Positions 38,329 through 48,949 are shown, numbered from the stretch's first letter. The stretch is 64,000 nucleotides of DNA from Candidatus Melainabacteria bacterium (GCA_003258725.1 QHMG01000005.1:47152-111151); one strand, 5' to 3'. Numbers and translations: made by a program. The notes: generated by a model from the sequence alone, not told the origin.

Positions 38329-39615
38329 ATGATTAATCGTTATTGTTTAGATAAAATGAAACAAATTTGGGAGATGCAATCCAAGTTTGAATATTATTTA
38401 AAGGTAGAGCTTGCCGTATGCGAGGCTTATGCTCAAATGGGCGAAATTCCACTTGATGCGCTAGAACAAATTAAGCGTGATGCAAAATTCGACCTAAAGC
38501 GTATCGACGAGATTGAAGCAGAAGTTCATCATGATGTAATTGCGTTTTTAACTTGTGTAAACGAAGGTTTAGGTGAAAATGCTAAATACATGCACAAAGG
38601 TTTAACAAGTTCAGATGTAATTGATACAGCTTACGCACTTCAAATTAAAGACGCCTCACAAATCATTTCAGATGATTTAGTAAAAGTTATAGTAACTTTG
38701 AAAACAATGGCTAAAAAGTATAAAGATACTGTTTGTATTGGTCGTTCTCACGGAATTCATGCAGAGGTTACAACATTTGGTATCAAACTCTTGAATTGGG
38801 TAGATTCTTTAGAAAGAGCTTACAAAAACTTTTTGATTGCAGCAGAAGATATTGAAATGGGGCAAATTTCAGGGCCTGTTGGAACGTATAGCAACGTACC
38901 AATGGAGGTTGAAACACTTACTTGCGAAATTTTAGGGCTAAAGTCAGCTAGAATCTCGACTCAAGTTATATCAAGAGATGTGTATGCAAGATATATGAAC
39001 GAATTGGCTATGATTGCAACAATTGTAGAGCAATTTGCAACAGAGATTAGAAACTTGCAACGTACAGAAATTTTTGAGGTTCAAGAAGGTTTTTCCTCTC
39101 ATCAGAAGGGTTCTTCAGCAATGCCTCACAAGCGAAACCCTGTTTTATGCGAAAACTTATGCGGGCTTGCAAGAGTTGTTAGAGGTAACGCTACAACTGA
39201 AATGCAAAATGTTGTTTTATGGCATGAAAGAGACATTTCTCATAGTTCAGCGGAGCGTATAATATTCCCAGATAGCACAATTTTGGTGGATTTTATTTTA
39301 AATAGATTTAATTCTGTTTTAGAAAACTTGGTTGTCTATGAAAAAAATATGGAGCGTAACACAAAACTTTATGGCGGAGTTGTGTTCTCTCAAAAAGTTA
39401 TGCTAAAACTTACCGAAAAAGGTTTATCACGTGAAGAAGCGTACGAAATTGTTCAAAAAAATGCACTTAAAGCAATTGATGAGAATGGTGATTTTGAACA
39501 AAATCTTCTTATTGATGAAAGAGTTACATCAAAATTAACACCTGCTGAAATAGCGGAATGTTTTGATGTCTCAACATATTTAAAAAATGTAGATGCGATA
39601 TTTGCAAAATTTTAA
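38329..39615 (+). CDS. purB: Adenylosuccinate lyase
   Basis: Fumarate lyase family. SSAMPHKRNP signature. 428 aa. Confidence 0.9.
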   Translation: MINRYCLDKMKQIWEMQSKFEYYLKVELAVCEAYAQMGEIPLDALEQIKRDAKFDLKRIDEIEAEVHHDVIAFLTCVNEGLGENAKYMHKGLTSSDVIDTAYALQIKDASQIISDDLVKVIVTLKTMAKKYKDTVCIGRSHGIHAEVTTFGIKLLNWVDSLERAYKNFLIAAEDIEMGQISGPVGTYSNVPMEVETLTCEILGLKSARISTQVISRDVYARYMNELAMIATIVEQFATEIRNLQRTEIFEVQEGFSSHQKGSSAMPHKRNPVLCENLCGLARVVRGNATTEMQNVVLWHERDISHSSAERIIFPDSTILVDFILNRFNSVLENLVVYEKNMERNTKLYGGVVFSQKVMLKLTEKGLSREEAYEIVQKNALKAIDENGDFEQNLLIDERVTSKLTPAEIAECFDVSTYLKNVDAIFAKF

Positions 39616-39667
39616 ATATGTACTAAAATATATAAATACACGAGTTAAATATAGGTACTGATATAAA

Positions 39668-41860
39668 ATGGATAAATTAAATATTCCAGAACCCGTAAAG
39701 GTTTTTATAACATCAACAAAATTCATTAACGGCGTATTCTTTTTAGTGTTCTGTCTGTTAATGACCCTAATTATTTCGTTTCAAAACTTTTTATTTCAAC
39801 AAGTTGTAGAAAACGGAATTAGTAAAAAAGATATTATTGCACAAAAGACTATTACAGTTGAAGATACAAGAAGAACAGAGCAACGCAGAAAAGAGGTTGC
39901 GCAAAAAGTTGACCCTATTTTGACTGTAACAGAAGATGATTTTATTAAAAATAATTTGTCATCTTTGCAAAATTCTATTATAAAAATTAGACAAAAAAAT
40001 AAAGATATAAATGTTAAACGAGAAGAAATGTCGCTGTTATTTGATGACGAAGACGGTAACAAATCTAACGTTGTTTACTATCTTTTAAAAATTCCAGATG
40101 AAACTTTAAAAACTTTGTTTGATAAATCAAACATAACCTTGATGAATGTTTTAAGCGCAGGTATTGCGGAAAAAGACGTTGAAAGACATGTTCTTAAAAA
40201 TTTAATCAGACATCACTTGCCTTCTGAAACTTCAAGATATCAAGGTACAATGATTACTTCACTTTTAGAACAAGTTATTGTGCCAAACCTTGTAGTTGAT
40301 GAGTTTGCAACAGAAATTGCAAGAAAGAATGCTCAAAATGCAGTTAAACCTTATGAAGTTACTTTTGAAAAAGGCGATAAGATTTTATTTGAAGGTGAAC
40401 CTGTTACAAAGTTAAAAAGAGATGCTTTAAGAGTTGCAGGTTACAACTTGGTTGAATTAAATGGGCTAGGTTTGTTAGGTATCTTTTTAGTTACTGTATT
40501 TTCAACTTTGATTTTTACTGTTTATAAAAATAAATATGCAACAACTCTTACGTATAATCAATTATTGATTGTAGCTATTTTATCTTTAATATTGGCATTT
40601 ATAACGGTTGCCTTGCCAACAGGTTTCTCGCCTTATATTTTGCCATTCCCAGCGTTTATCATAATTGTTTCAATCTTTACAGCGCCAAACATTGCGTTTG
40701 TTGCATCAATGCTAATGTTATCAATCATAACTTTAGGTATGCATTATGATATACAATTTATGACTTCCTTCACTTTATTGAACTTGGTTGCATCAATCTT
40801 TATGTTGAACGTAAACTTTACAAGACGATTTGACTTAATCAAAGCTGGTATTTACATAGCTTGTACAGGTATATTGTTTGTATCAAGTATTTATATGCTT
40901 GAAAAATTCTTGATAGATGTAGAAAATGTATTAATCATTAGAGACGCAAGTTTTGTATTCTTAAACGGTATTTTAAGCAGTATGATTGCATTAGGCTTCT
41001 TGCCTGTTTTAGAAAGTGCTTTCAAGATTGTAACTCCTTATGGTTTGGCAGAACTTGCTGACCATAACCAACCAATTTTAAAACGCTTGCAAATGGAAGC
41101 TCCTGGAACTTATCATCATAGCTTAATGGTTGCAAACTTATGCGAGGCTGCGGCAGAGGCAATCGGTGCAAATCCGATTTTGGCAAAGGTTGGTGCTTAT
41201 TATCACGATATTGGTAAATTAAAAAGACCATTATTCTTTGTCGAAAATCAATCTCAATTTGGTATTGAAAATCCTCATAAAAAATTAAATTCAAGATTAA
41301 GTAAAATGGTGGTTACAGCCCACACAAAAGACGGTGTTGATATTGCCAAGGAATATCATTTACCGCCAATTATCAATGATTTTATTCTTCAACACCATGG
41401 GGATAGTTTAGCAAGTTATTTCTATAATCAAGCTATCAAAGAGGAAGGCGCAGAAAATGTAAAAGAAGAACAATTCCGTTATTCTGGTCCAAAACCTCAA
41501 ACAAAAGAGGCTGCAATTTTGATGATAGCTGATGCTGTTGAGGCCGCCGTAAGAGCAATGAAAGCTAGTACAACAGAAGAAATTGAAGCAATTATCAACA
41601 AAATTATTGATGAACGTGTTAATGACAACCAACTTTCTGAATGTCCTTTGACATTGGCTGATTTAAAAACAATTGCAACAACCTTTACAAGACTATTAAG
41701 AGGTAATCAACACGATAGAATTAAATATCATGAAGACATTGTTGATGAGTTGGATAAATCGCAAGTAATTTTGCCATCTCATATTCATATTATGGATAAA
41801 GAAATGGAAGAAAAAGTTAAAAAATTAGAGCAAGGTAACAATGACAAAACCGACAATTAA
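39668..41860 (+). CDS. pgpH: 7TM receptor with intracellular HD hydrolase (PgpH/YqfF-like)
   Basis: N-terminal extracellular domain, 7TMR-HDED membrane domain, and C-terminal HD domain (HHSLMVANL...YYHDIGK). Confidence 0.8.
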   Translation: MDKLNIPEPVKVFITSTKFINGVFFLVFCLLMTLIISFQNFLFQQVVENGISKKDIIAQKTITVEDTRRTEQRRKEVAQKVDPILTVTEDDFIKNNLSSLQNSIIKIRQKNKDINVKREEMSLLFDDEDGNKSNVVYYLLKIPDETLKTLFDKSNITLMNVLSAGIAEKDVERHVLKNLIRHHLPSETSRYQGTMITSLLEQVIVPNLVVDEFATEIARKNAQNAVKPYEVTFEKGDKILFEGEPVTKLKRDALRVAGYNLVELNGLGLLGIFLVTVFSTLIFTVYKNKYATTLTYNQLLIVAILSLILAFITVALPTGFSPYILPFPAFIIIVSIFTAPNIAFVASMLMLSIITLGMHYDIQFMTSFTLLNLVASIFMLNVNFTRRFDLIKAGIYIACTGILFVSSIYMLEKFLIDVENVLIIRDASFVFLNGILSSMIALGFLPVLESAFKIVTPYGLAELADHNQPILKRLQMEAPGTYHHSLMVANLCEAAAEAIGANPILAKVGAYYHDIGKLKRPLFFVENQSQFGIENPHKKLNSRLSKMVVTAHTKDGVDIAKEYHLPPIINDFILQHHGDSLASYFYNQAIKEEGAENVKEEQFRYSGPKPQTKEAAILMIADAVEAAVRAMKASTTEEIEAIINKIIDERVNDNQLSECPLTLADLKTIATTFTRLLRGNQHDRIKYHEDIVDELDKSQVILPSHIHIMDKEMEEKVKKLEQGNNDKTDN

Positions 41861-42359
41861 TATTTTTAGCGAAAATATATACGAAGGTTGGCAAGTTGAC
41901 GAGGCTAAGCTAATCACAATTGGACGTAAAATCTTAGAATATTACATGTTAAGACCTGACATTTACGAGGGGTCTTGTTTAAAACCTCATATTTACGATA
42001 CAATTTCCTTCGATATTTTGTATTGTGATGGGGCTAAAACTCACGAAATAAACAGGGAATATCGTGATAAAGATTATGTTGCAGACATTATTACTTTTGC
42101 AATTTTTGCTGACACCCCTGTTGAAGAAAGAATTGTTTTTGACGGTGAAATCAATCTTGGTGAAATAATTTTAGCGCTGGATAAAATAACTCAAAGTGCC
42201 AAAGAAAAAGGGGTTACAAAGGAAGAAGAACTTTGCTTCTTGCTTGCACACGGAATAATGCACTTGTTGGGTTATGATCATCAAACAGAAGAAGATTATA
42301 ATTTTGTTGTGGCGGCTCAAAAAATGGCTTTAAACAAGATAAAGGATAAAAATGTCTAA
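41841..42359 (+). CDS. ybeY: rRNA maturation endoribonuclease YbeY
   Basis: HGIMHLLGYDH zinc motif. Confidence 0.9.
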   Translation: MTKPTINIFSENIYEGWQVDEAKLITIGRKILEYYMLRPDIYEGSCLKPHIYDTISFDILYCDGAKTHEINREYRDKDYVADIITFAIFADTPVEERIVFDGEINLGEIILALDKITQSAKEKGVTKEEELCFLLAHGIMHLLGYDHQTEEDYNFVVAAQKMALNKIKDKNV

Positions 42360-42741
42360 GTTTAAATCTCAAGGTTATTTGAATACATTTAAAAATGCAG
42401 GACGTGGCGTTAGGCTTTCTTTAAAAAGTGAAAAAAATATCCGCTTTCATTGTCTTACAGCGTTTTTAGTAATTTTATTTGCTTTACTTTTAAAAATGAG
42501 TTTGACAAAAATTTGTATTTTAATTATTGCAATTTCAAATGTTATGGTTGCAGAATTTATTAATACAGGTCTAGAATTTGGTCTTGATGCAGTCTTTAAG
42601 AACAGGTATTCAAAACTTGTAGGTATGGCAAAAGATATCGCTGCAGGAGCTGTAATTGTTGCCTCAATTTTCAGCGCAATAATTGGGATTTTATTGTTTG
42701 GTTCAGAAATTTTAAAATATTTTGCTATTCAACCTTACTAG
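42352..42741 (+). CDS. dgkA: Diacylglycerol/undecaprenol kinase (DgkA family)
   Basis: Three-TM DAGK_prokar pattern (EFINTGLE...DIAAGAV). Overlaps ybeY by 8 nt. Confidence 0.8.
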   Translation: MSKFKSQGYLNTFKNAGRGVRLSLKSEKNIRFHCLTAFLVILFALLLKMSLTKICILIIAISNVMVAEFINTGLEFGLDAVFKNRYSKLVGMAKDIAAGAVIVASIFSAIIGILLFGSEILKYFAIQPY

Positions 42742-43666
42742 CACCGCACTTTTCAACGGTTAAAGTTCTTATGTCGCAATGAACATTCAAATTATCCCAA
42801 ACTTCTTTTACGGTTTGGTAAATTTTTTCAAGATTATTTTTTTGAGAAAAAATTACGATAGAAGGTCCTGCACCGCTGATTACAGTTCCTAAAACATTTT
42901 CTTCATGTTTTAGAGCTTCTTTAATTTCTTTAAAGCCAGGAACTAATTTTTCTCTGTATGGTTGGTGAAGTCTATCTTCAAGAGCGCTTTTCATTAATTT
43001 TGCATCAACTGTATCAATTGCGTGAATAAGCATTGCAAGTCTGCGTGCATTAAATTTTGCATCTTCCATTGGAACTTTTTCAGGAAGAACTGAGCGTGAA
43101 ATGTTTGTTGCAAGTTCAAAGTCTGGAATACAAACGGTTATGTGCCAATCTTCCGGCCAATCAAGTCGTCTGTAAATTACAGAGCCGTCATCTTCCATTG
43201 AAGACATTACAAGTCCGCCCAAAATTGCAGGTACAACATTATCTGGGTGTCCTTCGGCTTCTGTTGCAATTGATAAAAGCGCAGCTTCATCTGCAGGATT
43301 ACCCAACAAGTCGTTTGCAGCCATTAAGCCACCTACGATTACGGAAGCTGAACTTCCTAAACCTTTTGCGATTGGAATACTTGATTTGATATTGATTTTA
43401 ATCTCGCTAGGGTCTTGTCCTACAAGATTATAAAGTATTTCTACCGCTTTATAAACAATGTTGTCCTTGTCGTTTGGAATACTATCCAATTCTTCAATTA
43501 ATTCAGCATTTTCAAAGTCTTTCATAACATTGACTTCAATGCCTGTGCTTGGCATTACTGTTTCTTCAATAGTTATGATATTATAAATTGGCAAAGCCAA
43601 ACCAAGACAATCAAATCCTGGACCTAAATTTGCTGTTGTTGCTGGTACTCTGTAACTTACTTTCAT
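42725..43666 (-). CDS. thrB: Homoserine kinase
   Basis: GHMP kinase with VPATTANLGPGFDCLGLAL and PIAKGLGSSAS motifs. Confidence 0.9.
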   Translation of the reverse strand: MKVSYRVPATTANLGPGFDCLGLALPIYNIITIEETVMPSTGIEVNVMKDFENAELIEELDSIPNDKDNIVYKAVEILYNLVGQDPSEIKINIKSSIPIAKGLGSSASVIVGGLMAANDLLGNPADEAALLSIATEAEGHPDNVVPAILGGLVMSSMEDDGSVIYRRLDWPEDWHITVCIPDFELATNISRSVLPEKVPMEDAKFNARRLAMLIHAIDTVDAKLMKSALEDRLHQPYREKLVPGFKEIKEALKHEENVLGTVISGAGPSIVIFSQKNNLEKIYQTVKEVWDNLNVHCDIRTLTVEKCGASKVE

Positions 43667-43672
43667 AATTTC

Positions 43673-44503
43673 CTATTTTAACATTGCTACGTTAGTTCTA
43701 CCGAATTTTGCAGACAAATCGTCAATGTGGTGAACGATATAAACTGAAGGTTCTAAATCCTTGCTATTTAAGTCGATTATAGCGCCCCAATCAGCTCTGC
43801 CGTGATGTGCTGCAATCATTCTGGCTACTTCCTTAAAGCCTTTAGTCATACATAATGAATATCCAAATTGAGAGTGTGTCAACCAATCTTTTTTGAATTC
43901 TTCATTATAATCAATCAAACCTGTTTCTGTGTCAACTGTGTATTCATAAATTTTACCGATATCGTGTAAAATACAAGCGGTGTAAACATTGTCTGAGTTA
44001 ATTCTTTGAAAAGATGTTTCAATTATTTTGTCTGCAAGTCGTAAACATTCAACTGTGTGGACTAAAAGTCCGCCGATGAAGTTGTGGTGCATTAATTTTG
44101 CAGCTGGTGCAGTTTTAAATTCTTGCTCGTGAGTAGAAAAATATTCCTTCAAAAAATTTTTCATTTCTTCGTTTTTAATCTTTTCAAAATAAGACGTCAA
44201 TTCTGTATAATATTCATTTGTTTGTTCTTCTGTTAAACCTGTCATAGCTTCTTCAATTAATTCTAATGCTGAAACTAGGCAGTTATTATATTTTTCGTTG
44301 AAGGTTGCAGATACGATTCTAACAATATTTCCACTTCTGAAAATTTTTGAATCAAATCTGTTTAATGTTTCTTCCCACAAAATACAGTTTAATGTTGTGT
44401 TATCTTCTGGGTTTTTAAGTTGTAATTTACCCATTTTTGTACCAGCCTTAGTGTCGCCAATAGAGAAGGTTACAACCTCATAATTAATTTCTGTACTAAA
44501 CAT
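43673..44503 (-). CDS. OB-fold plus HD-domain protein (YhaM-like 3'-5' exoribonuclease family)
   Basis: N-terminal OB fold. HD motif HNFIGGLLVHT...ILHDIGK. Confidence 0.55.
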   Translation of the reverse strand: MFSTEINYEVVTFSIGDTKAGTKMGKLQLKNPEDNTTLNCILWEETLNRFDSKIFRSGNIVRIVSATFNEKYNNCLVSALELIEEAMTGLTEEQTNEYYTELTSYFEKIKNEEMKNFLKEYFSTHEQEFKTAPAAKLMHHNFIGGLLVHTVECLRLADKIIETSFQRINSDNVYTACILHDIGKIYEYTVDTETGLIDYNEEFKKDWLTHSQFGYSLCMTKGFKEVARMIAAHHGRADWGAIIDLNSKDLEPSVYIVHHIDDLSAKFGRTNVAMLK

Positions 44504-44575
44504 ATTTCCCCTTTTTTATGTCATTATACCATAAATAATGGAAATCTGATTTTTAGCATTGAAACATTGTAAATA

Positions 44576-45391
44576 TTGAGTTATTATATAAGTATGAAAA
44601 GAAGCTGGCTAATATTATTGTCAATTTTATTTTTATCTACGGCGAACGGGGTGCAAGCAGTAGAATTTAAGCCTCTTGAAAAACCAAAAGCGCCAGAGGT
44701 TGAAGTTGCACCACTTCCTGTTGAAAAGAAGGAAATTGAAACTCCAAAGGCTTTACTTAATGAAGATGATTATCAATTGAATGGTCGTGTTGAATACGAT
44801 AAAGACGGTATTTTATTCTTAGATGACGATATTCAAAAAATGAAATTGAACATAAAAGAACCAGTTAAAGAAGTTGCGAAAAAGTCCGTTTTAAATGATC
44901 AAAAAGTGTTGACAGAAATTCAAAAAGAGCAACATAGATTATCCCCTCAAGTTAACGAATATTCAATTTCTCCAACCTTTTCATCACTTGAATATAAAGT
45001 AGGAAACTTAACCTATGGTACAACCTTTGGTACAGATTTGGATATCGGTCAGCTAGAATATCGTACAAAAATGTTTGTTCAATATGATACAAAATTTATC
45101 GGTATGATGGCAGGATTTGGTAAAGACCAATACACATCAACCAGTCGTCAATTAGAAAGTATTTATTTAACTCCGTCTTTAAACTTGGGTCACGGCTTTG
45201 TTATAAAAGATGCTTTTAAGGCAAACCCATCAGCAGAAAGACACAAAAACGAAATTGTTTTACAATACAGTCCGTTAATTCATAATACAAGAGAAAATGT
45301 TTCATTAGAAGCAGCAGTTGGTCAAACAACTTATTATAATTCAGGTGAACATATGTATCAATTTAGTTTCTTTACAAAATTTAAATTGTAA
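44576..45391 (+). CDS. Hypothetical secreted protein
   Basis: Signal peptide. Proline/lysine-rich spacer then a beta-rich C-terminal region. Possible outer-membrane protein. Confidence 0.35.
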   Translation: MSYYISMKRSWLILLSILFLSTANGVQAVEFKPLEKPKAPEVEVAPLPVEKKEIETPKALLNEDDYQLNGRVEYDKDGILFLDDDIQKMKLNIKEPVKEVAKKSVLNDQKVLTEIQKEQHRLSPQVNEYSISPTFSSLEYKVGNLTYGTTFGTDLDIGQLEYRTKMFVQYDTKFIGMMAGFGKDQYTSTSRQLESIYLTPSLNLGHGFVIKDAFKANPSAERHKNEIVLQYSPLIHNTRENVSLEAAVGQTTYYNSGEHMYQFSFFTKFKL

Positions 45392-45405
45392 CCTATCAAT
45401 AAATA

Positions 45406-45885
45406 TTGTATTATAATGGGATAATGATGGACAAAGATTTTAACAAAAAAGGTAAAAAGAGAAAAAGTTTTGCAAAATCAAAAATTAAGAGTAATGAAAA
45501 GGTTACAAGTCTTGACTCTGTAAGACAAAAATCAAAACTTAAATCTCAAAAACATAGACAAAATATTAATGTCTATTACTCTTTTTTGACTATTATTCTT
45601 CTGATTTGTCTCGCTCAAATTGGATTTAGTGCCATTTTGAACATTACAAAAACAATCTCTTATCATAATAAAATTGTTAAAATCCAAAAAATTAGAGATG
45701 ATGCTGAAGCTAAAAATAAAAAATTGAAACGAGAAATCAATGGCTTCTCTCAAACTGCTAGTCTAGAGGCTATTGCGAGAAATAATCTTAAAATGGCTGG
45801 CGAAAACGAAGTTTTGGTTATCATTAATGATAATGACAATCAAAAAAATGCACAAAAGAAAAAGAAAAAAGGACTTTTTAAATAA
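45406..45885 (+). CDS. Septum formation initiator (FtsB/DivIC-like)
   Basis: Basic N-terminus, a single TM segment, and a coiled coil ending ...NNLKMAGENEVLVI. Confidence 0.5.
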   Translation: MYYNGIMMDKDFNKKGKKRKSFAKSKIKSNEKVTSLDSVRQKSKLKSQKHRQNINVYYSFLTIILLICLAQIGFSAILNITKTISYHNKIVKIQKIRDDAEAKNKKLKREINGFSQTASLEAIARNNLKMAGENEVLVIINDNDNQKNAQKKKKKGLFK

Positions 45886-47471
45886 TGACTAACAACGAAG
45901 TTTTAGAATATATTACAAAATCTTTTGATTTGAAACGACAAGGGTTCTACAAGCCTGCAATTGAAATGCTTTACAAGGCTTTAAGCATTGAAAATAACAA
46001 TGTGGAAATTCTTTCTCAATTGGGTGAATTGTATTATCTACTTGAAAATAATCAAAGAGCCATAAATTATATTGAAAAAACTTTAGAAATTGATCCGCTT
46101 CACATTGATTGTTTAAAACTTATGAAAACAATTTATATGGCAGAAGAAAAGTATGATGAGGCATTAAAAGCTGTAAATAAGATTTATGAAATTAACCCAA
46201 CAACTGAAAATTTGTTAGACAAAATTGTTGTTTTAAATAAGTTGAACGATTTTGAAGCCATTAAAGAAATTGAAAATCTAAATGTAGATTTTGATGATGC
46301 AATTTATTACAATTTGGCGCAAGCCCATTACAAAAATCAAGATTTTAAACGTGCTATTGAATTATTGGAAAAGGCTTTAGAAAGAAATCCTGAAAATAAA
46401 GATGCAATGATACTTTTGGGTGAAGTTTATTTCTCTGAAAATGATTTAGAAAAATCTAGAGAATTGTTCAAAAAGTTAGAAAATGAAACAGAGAATGCCG
46501 TTGTAAACTCATATTTAGGTTTGTTTAAAATGGAAGATGGAAAGTATGAAGATGCAATAAATTATTTTCATAAGGCAATGAAATTAGATGAAAGAAATTC
46601 AAAATATGTCTATAATCTTGCAAATGCATACTTTTTAAATGGTTGGATTGCAGAGGCGGCAAAATTCTACAATATTGCGATATGTTTAGATGCTGACAAT
46701 GTTGATTATCGCTATTCTTTAGCATATTTGTACACTCAAACACGAGAATATGACAAAGCTGAAAAAGAATTAAGGACTATTTTTGAAAAAGATTCAAATC
46801 ATTTACAGGCAAGAATTTTGTCTGCAAAAATTAAAGATTTAAAGGGCGACCCAGTTAGCGCAAAAGTTACCTTAGATGCGATAGTAAAAGAAAATCCAAA
46901 CGAAGATTATGCCCTTGTTGAATTGGCTCATGTTTGCGTTGAGCTTTCTCAATATGACTTAGCTAAGAAGAACATGGAAATAGCATTAGAGATTAAACCA
47001 AATTCATTGAATTACTTATCAGATTATGCAGATATTTTAATTGAAATGGCTAACTATGGCGAAGCTCAAGAAGTTATCGAAAAAATATTGTCATTAAACG
47101 AAAACTTTATTGAAGGTTATATTTTAGAAGCAAAAAACTACATTCATATAAATGACCTTGAAGGGGCTTATGACGCAGCACAAAAGGTTATTGAGCTTGA
47201 TACAAACAACGCAGAAGGTTACTATTACAATGCGTTAGTATTGTTTGCTCAAGGTGACGTGAATTTTGCGATTGAAACAATGAAGAAAGCGATTTCGCTT
47301 GATTTGAATAATGCAATGTATTATGTTCAAATGAGTGAATTTTATCAAAAATTAGGTAAATACGAAGATGCTTTGGCTTACGTCAGTGAGGCTGCAAGCA
47401 TAGATGGCTCAGCTAAAAATAAAGAACTTTATGCAAATCTAGCGTCAATTGTTCGCAAAAATAGAGGATAA
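45885..47471 (+). CDS. Tetratricopeptide repeat protein
   Basis: 528 aa of TPR units. Coupled to the previous gene. Confidence 0.7.
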   Translation: MTNNEVLEYITKSFDLKRQGFYKPAIEMLYKALSIENNNVEILSQLGELYYLLENNQRAINYIEKTLEIDPLHIDCLKLMKTIYMAEEKYDEALKAVNKIYEINPTTENLLDKIVVLNKLNDFEAIKEIENLNVDFDDAIYYNLAQAHYKNQDFKRAIELLEKALERNPENKDAMILLGEVYFSENDLEKSRELFKKLENETENAVVNSYLGLFKMEDGKYEDAINYFHKAMKLDERNSKYVYNLANAYFLNGWIAEAAKFYNIAICLDADNVDYRYSLAYLYTQTREYDKAEKELRTIFEKDSNHLQARILSAKIKDLKGDPVSAKVTLDAIVKENPNEDYALVELAHVCVELSQYDLAKKNMEIALEIKPNSLNYLSDYADILIEMANYGEAQEVIEKILSLNENFIEGYILEAKNYIHINDLEGAYDAAQKVIELDTNNAEGYYYNALVLFAQGDVNFAIETMKKAISLDLNNAMYYVQMSEFYQKLGKYEDALAYVSEAASIDGSAKNKELYANLASIVRKNRG

Positions 47472-47474
47472 GTT

Positions 47475-47503
47475 ATGTCACCCTTAATTTATTTTAGGGT
47501 CTC
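47475..47503 (+). repeat. Intergenic palindromic element copy (ATGTCACCCTTAATTTATTTTAGGGTCTC), 4 nt after the TPR gene stop
   Basis: Stem ACCCTTAA/TTAGGGT with compensatory changes relative to other copies. Confidence 0.55.
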
Positions 47504-47509
47504 TGCAGT

Positions 47510-47577
47510 ATGAGATGCTGTTACACGTGGGACAGGCTCACAAGGCTTAGGCTTCGCCAGTTCGCTTAGTCAATACA
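47510..47577. repeat. About 60-bp GC-rich repeat shared in inverted orientation with 63073..63130
   Basis: About 52/58 identity to the reverse complement of 63073-63130. Followed by a partial palindromic-element copy (GCTCAGCATGACAG). Confidence 0.5.
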
Positions 47578-47623
47578 AGCTCAGCATGACAGAAGATTAA
47601 GTAACACACAAAGGTTTTTATTT

Positions 47624-47968
47624 ATGAAAAAAAAGATTTATAAATTTTTAGAAAAAGGTGGCTGGATTCCTGTATGTTTGGTGCTAGGATTTGCCTATGT
47701 ATTTATTTTTGAAGATATCATTTTAGAATCATTTTGGAATTATATTTTTGATATAACCTTTGCAAAAAGTGAAAAATTGGTTATTTTGCTTATTCTTCTA
47801 CTATTGGCTATTCAAATTTATGTTATTGGTAGTAGTATTTCAAAACGATGTAAAGTTGATCCAGATTATAAGGCAAAAATTGAGAAAGAACTTAAACCTT
47901 TTTTAATACCTGCTATATTTGTTTTGGTAGTTGCACTAATTTTAATGGGTTCGATACTGTTGGAATAA
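47624..47968 (+). CDS. Small membrane protein
   Basis: 114 aa with three TM segments. Confidence 0.4.
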   Translation: MKKKIYKFLEKGGWIPVCLVLGFAYVFIFEDIILESFWNYIFDITFAKSEKLVILLILLLLAIQIYVIGSSISKRCKVDPDYKAKIEKELKPFLIPAIFVLVVALILMGSILLE

Positions 47969-48022
47969 TTTTGCCAAATAAAAACATAACGACCGTAATG
48001 CGCAAATACGTACTGCGGTTTA

Positions 48023-48949
48023 TTAGATATTACCTGTAGAGCTGTTTCTATCGTCTTCTAAAGATTTCAAGTCGATGTCTTTTGAATCATCATCATAAGT
48101 TAGAGTTCTTGGTGCATCAATTTCAACATCAACATCAGCTTCAACAACTTCAATTTCACCTTTTGGATAATCTTTAATTTTTCCGTCTTCAAGTTTAACT
48201 TGGATTGCATTATTTAAGAAGTGAAGTGCGCAAACCTTACCCAAGCCGTCTGGTGTCATTACTGGCGAACCAATTGGTGGCATACCTTTTGCGGCTTCAA
48301 TATAATTTGAATATTCATAATTCAAACAACATAAAAGTCTTCCGCAAGTGCCTGAAATCTTTCCTGGAGTGATTGGCATACCTTGGTCTTTTGCAAGTTT
48401 TACGTTGATTGAACCAAATTTTTTCAAAAATGAGCAACAGCAAAATTCTTTACCACAAATTCCGCAACCTTCCATAATAGAAGTTTCGTCTCTTACACCG
48501 ATATGACGCAAATCAATTCTTACACGTTTGAAGGTTTGAGTTAAATCCTTCAACAATTCACGAAAATCAACTCTTTCTGGAGCTGTGTAATAGAATGTTA
48601 TTTTCTTTCTATCAAAAGTTATACGGCATTGAACCAAATTCATCACAAGTTTGTGTTTTTCAACTAGAGCTTTGCATTTGAAGTACGCTTCAACTTCTTC
48701 TTTTTGAATTTGCTCAACGGTTTGTTTATCTCGTTCTCCAAGAACTCTGATTACAGGAAATGGATCGGGCTTTTGTTTGCTCTTTTCCCATATTTTAGCG
48801 ATAGCTTCGTTTACACATCTTGCTTTTAGTGCTTCTTCGCCTTTTTCAGTTCTTACAAGAACCATATCTCCGCAATGAATTTCCACATTTTCTGGAACTT
48901 CTAGCGGGTAAAACATATTTTTTAAATATCTTACTGCAAATTTTGTCAT
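48023..48949 (-). CDS. ricT: PSP1-domain protein RicT (YaaT-like)
   Basis: PSP1 C-terminal domain with Cys cluster CGICGKEFCCCSF...CGRLLCCLNYE. Confidence 0.8.
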   Translation of the reverse strand: MTKFAVRYLKNMFYPLEVPENVEIHCGDMVLVRTEKGEEALKARCVNEAIAKIWEKSKQKPDPFPVIRVLGERDKQTVEQIQKEEVEAYFKCKALVEKHKLVMNLVQCRITFDRKKITFYYTAPERVDFRELLKDLTQTFKRVRIDLRHIGVRDETSIMEGCGICGKEFCCCSFLKKFGSINVKLAKDQGMPITPGKISGTCGRLLCCLNYEYSNYIEAAKGMPPIGSPVMTPDGLGKVCALHFLNNAIQVKLEDGKIKDYPKGEIEVVEADVDVEIDAPRTLTYDDDSKDIDLKSLEDDRNSSTGNI

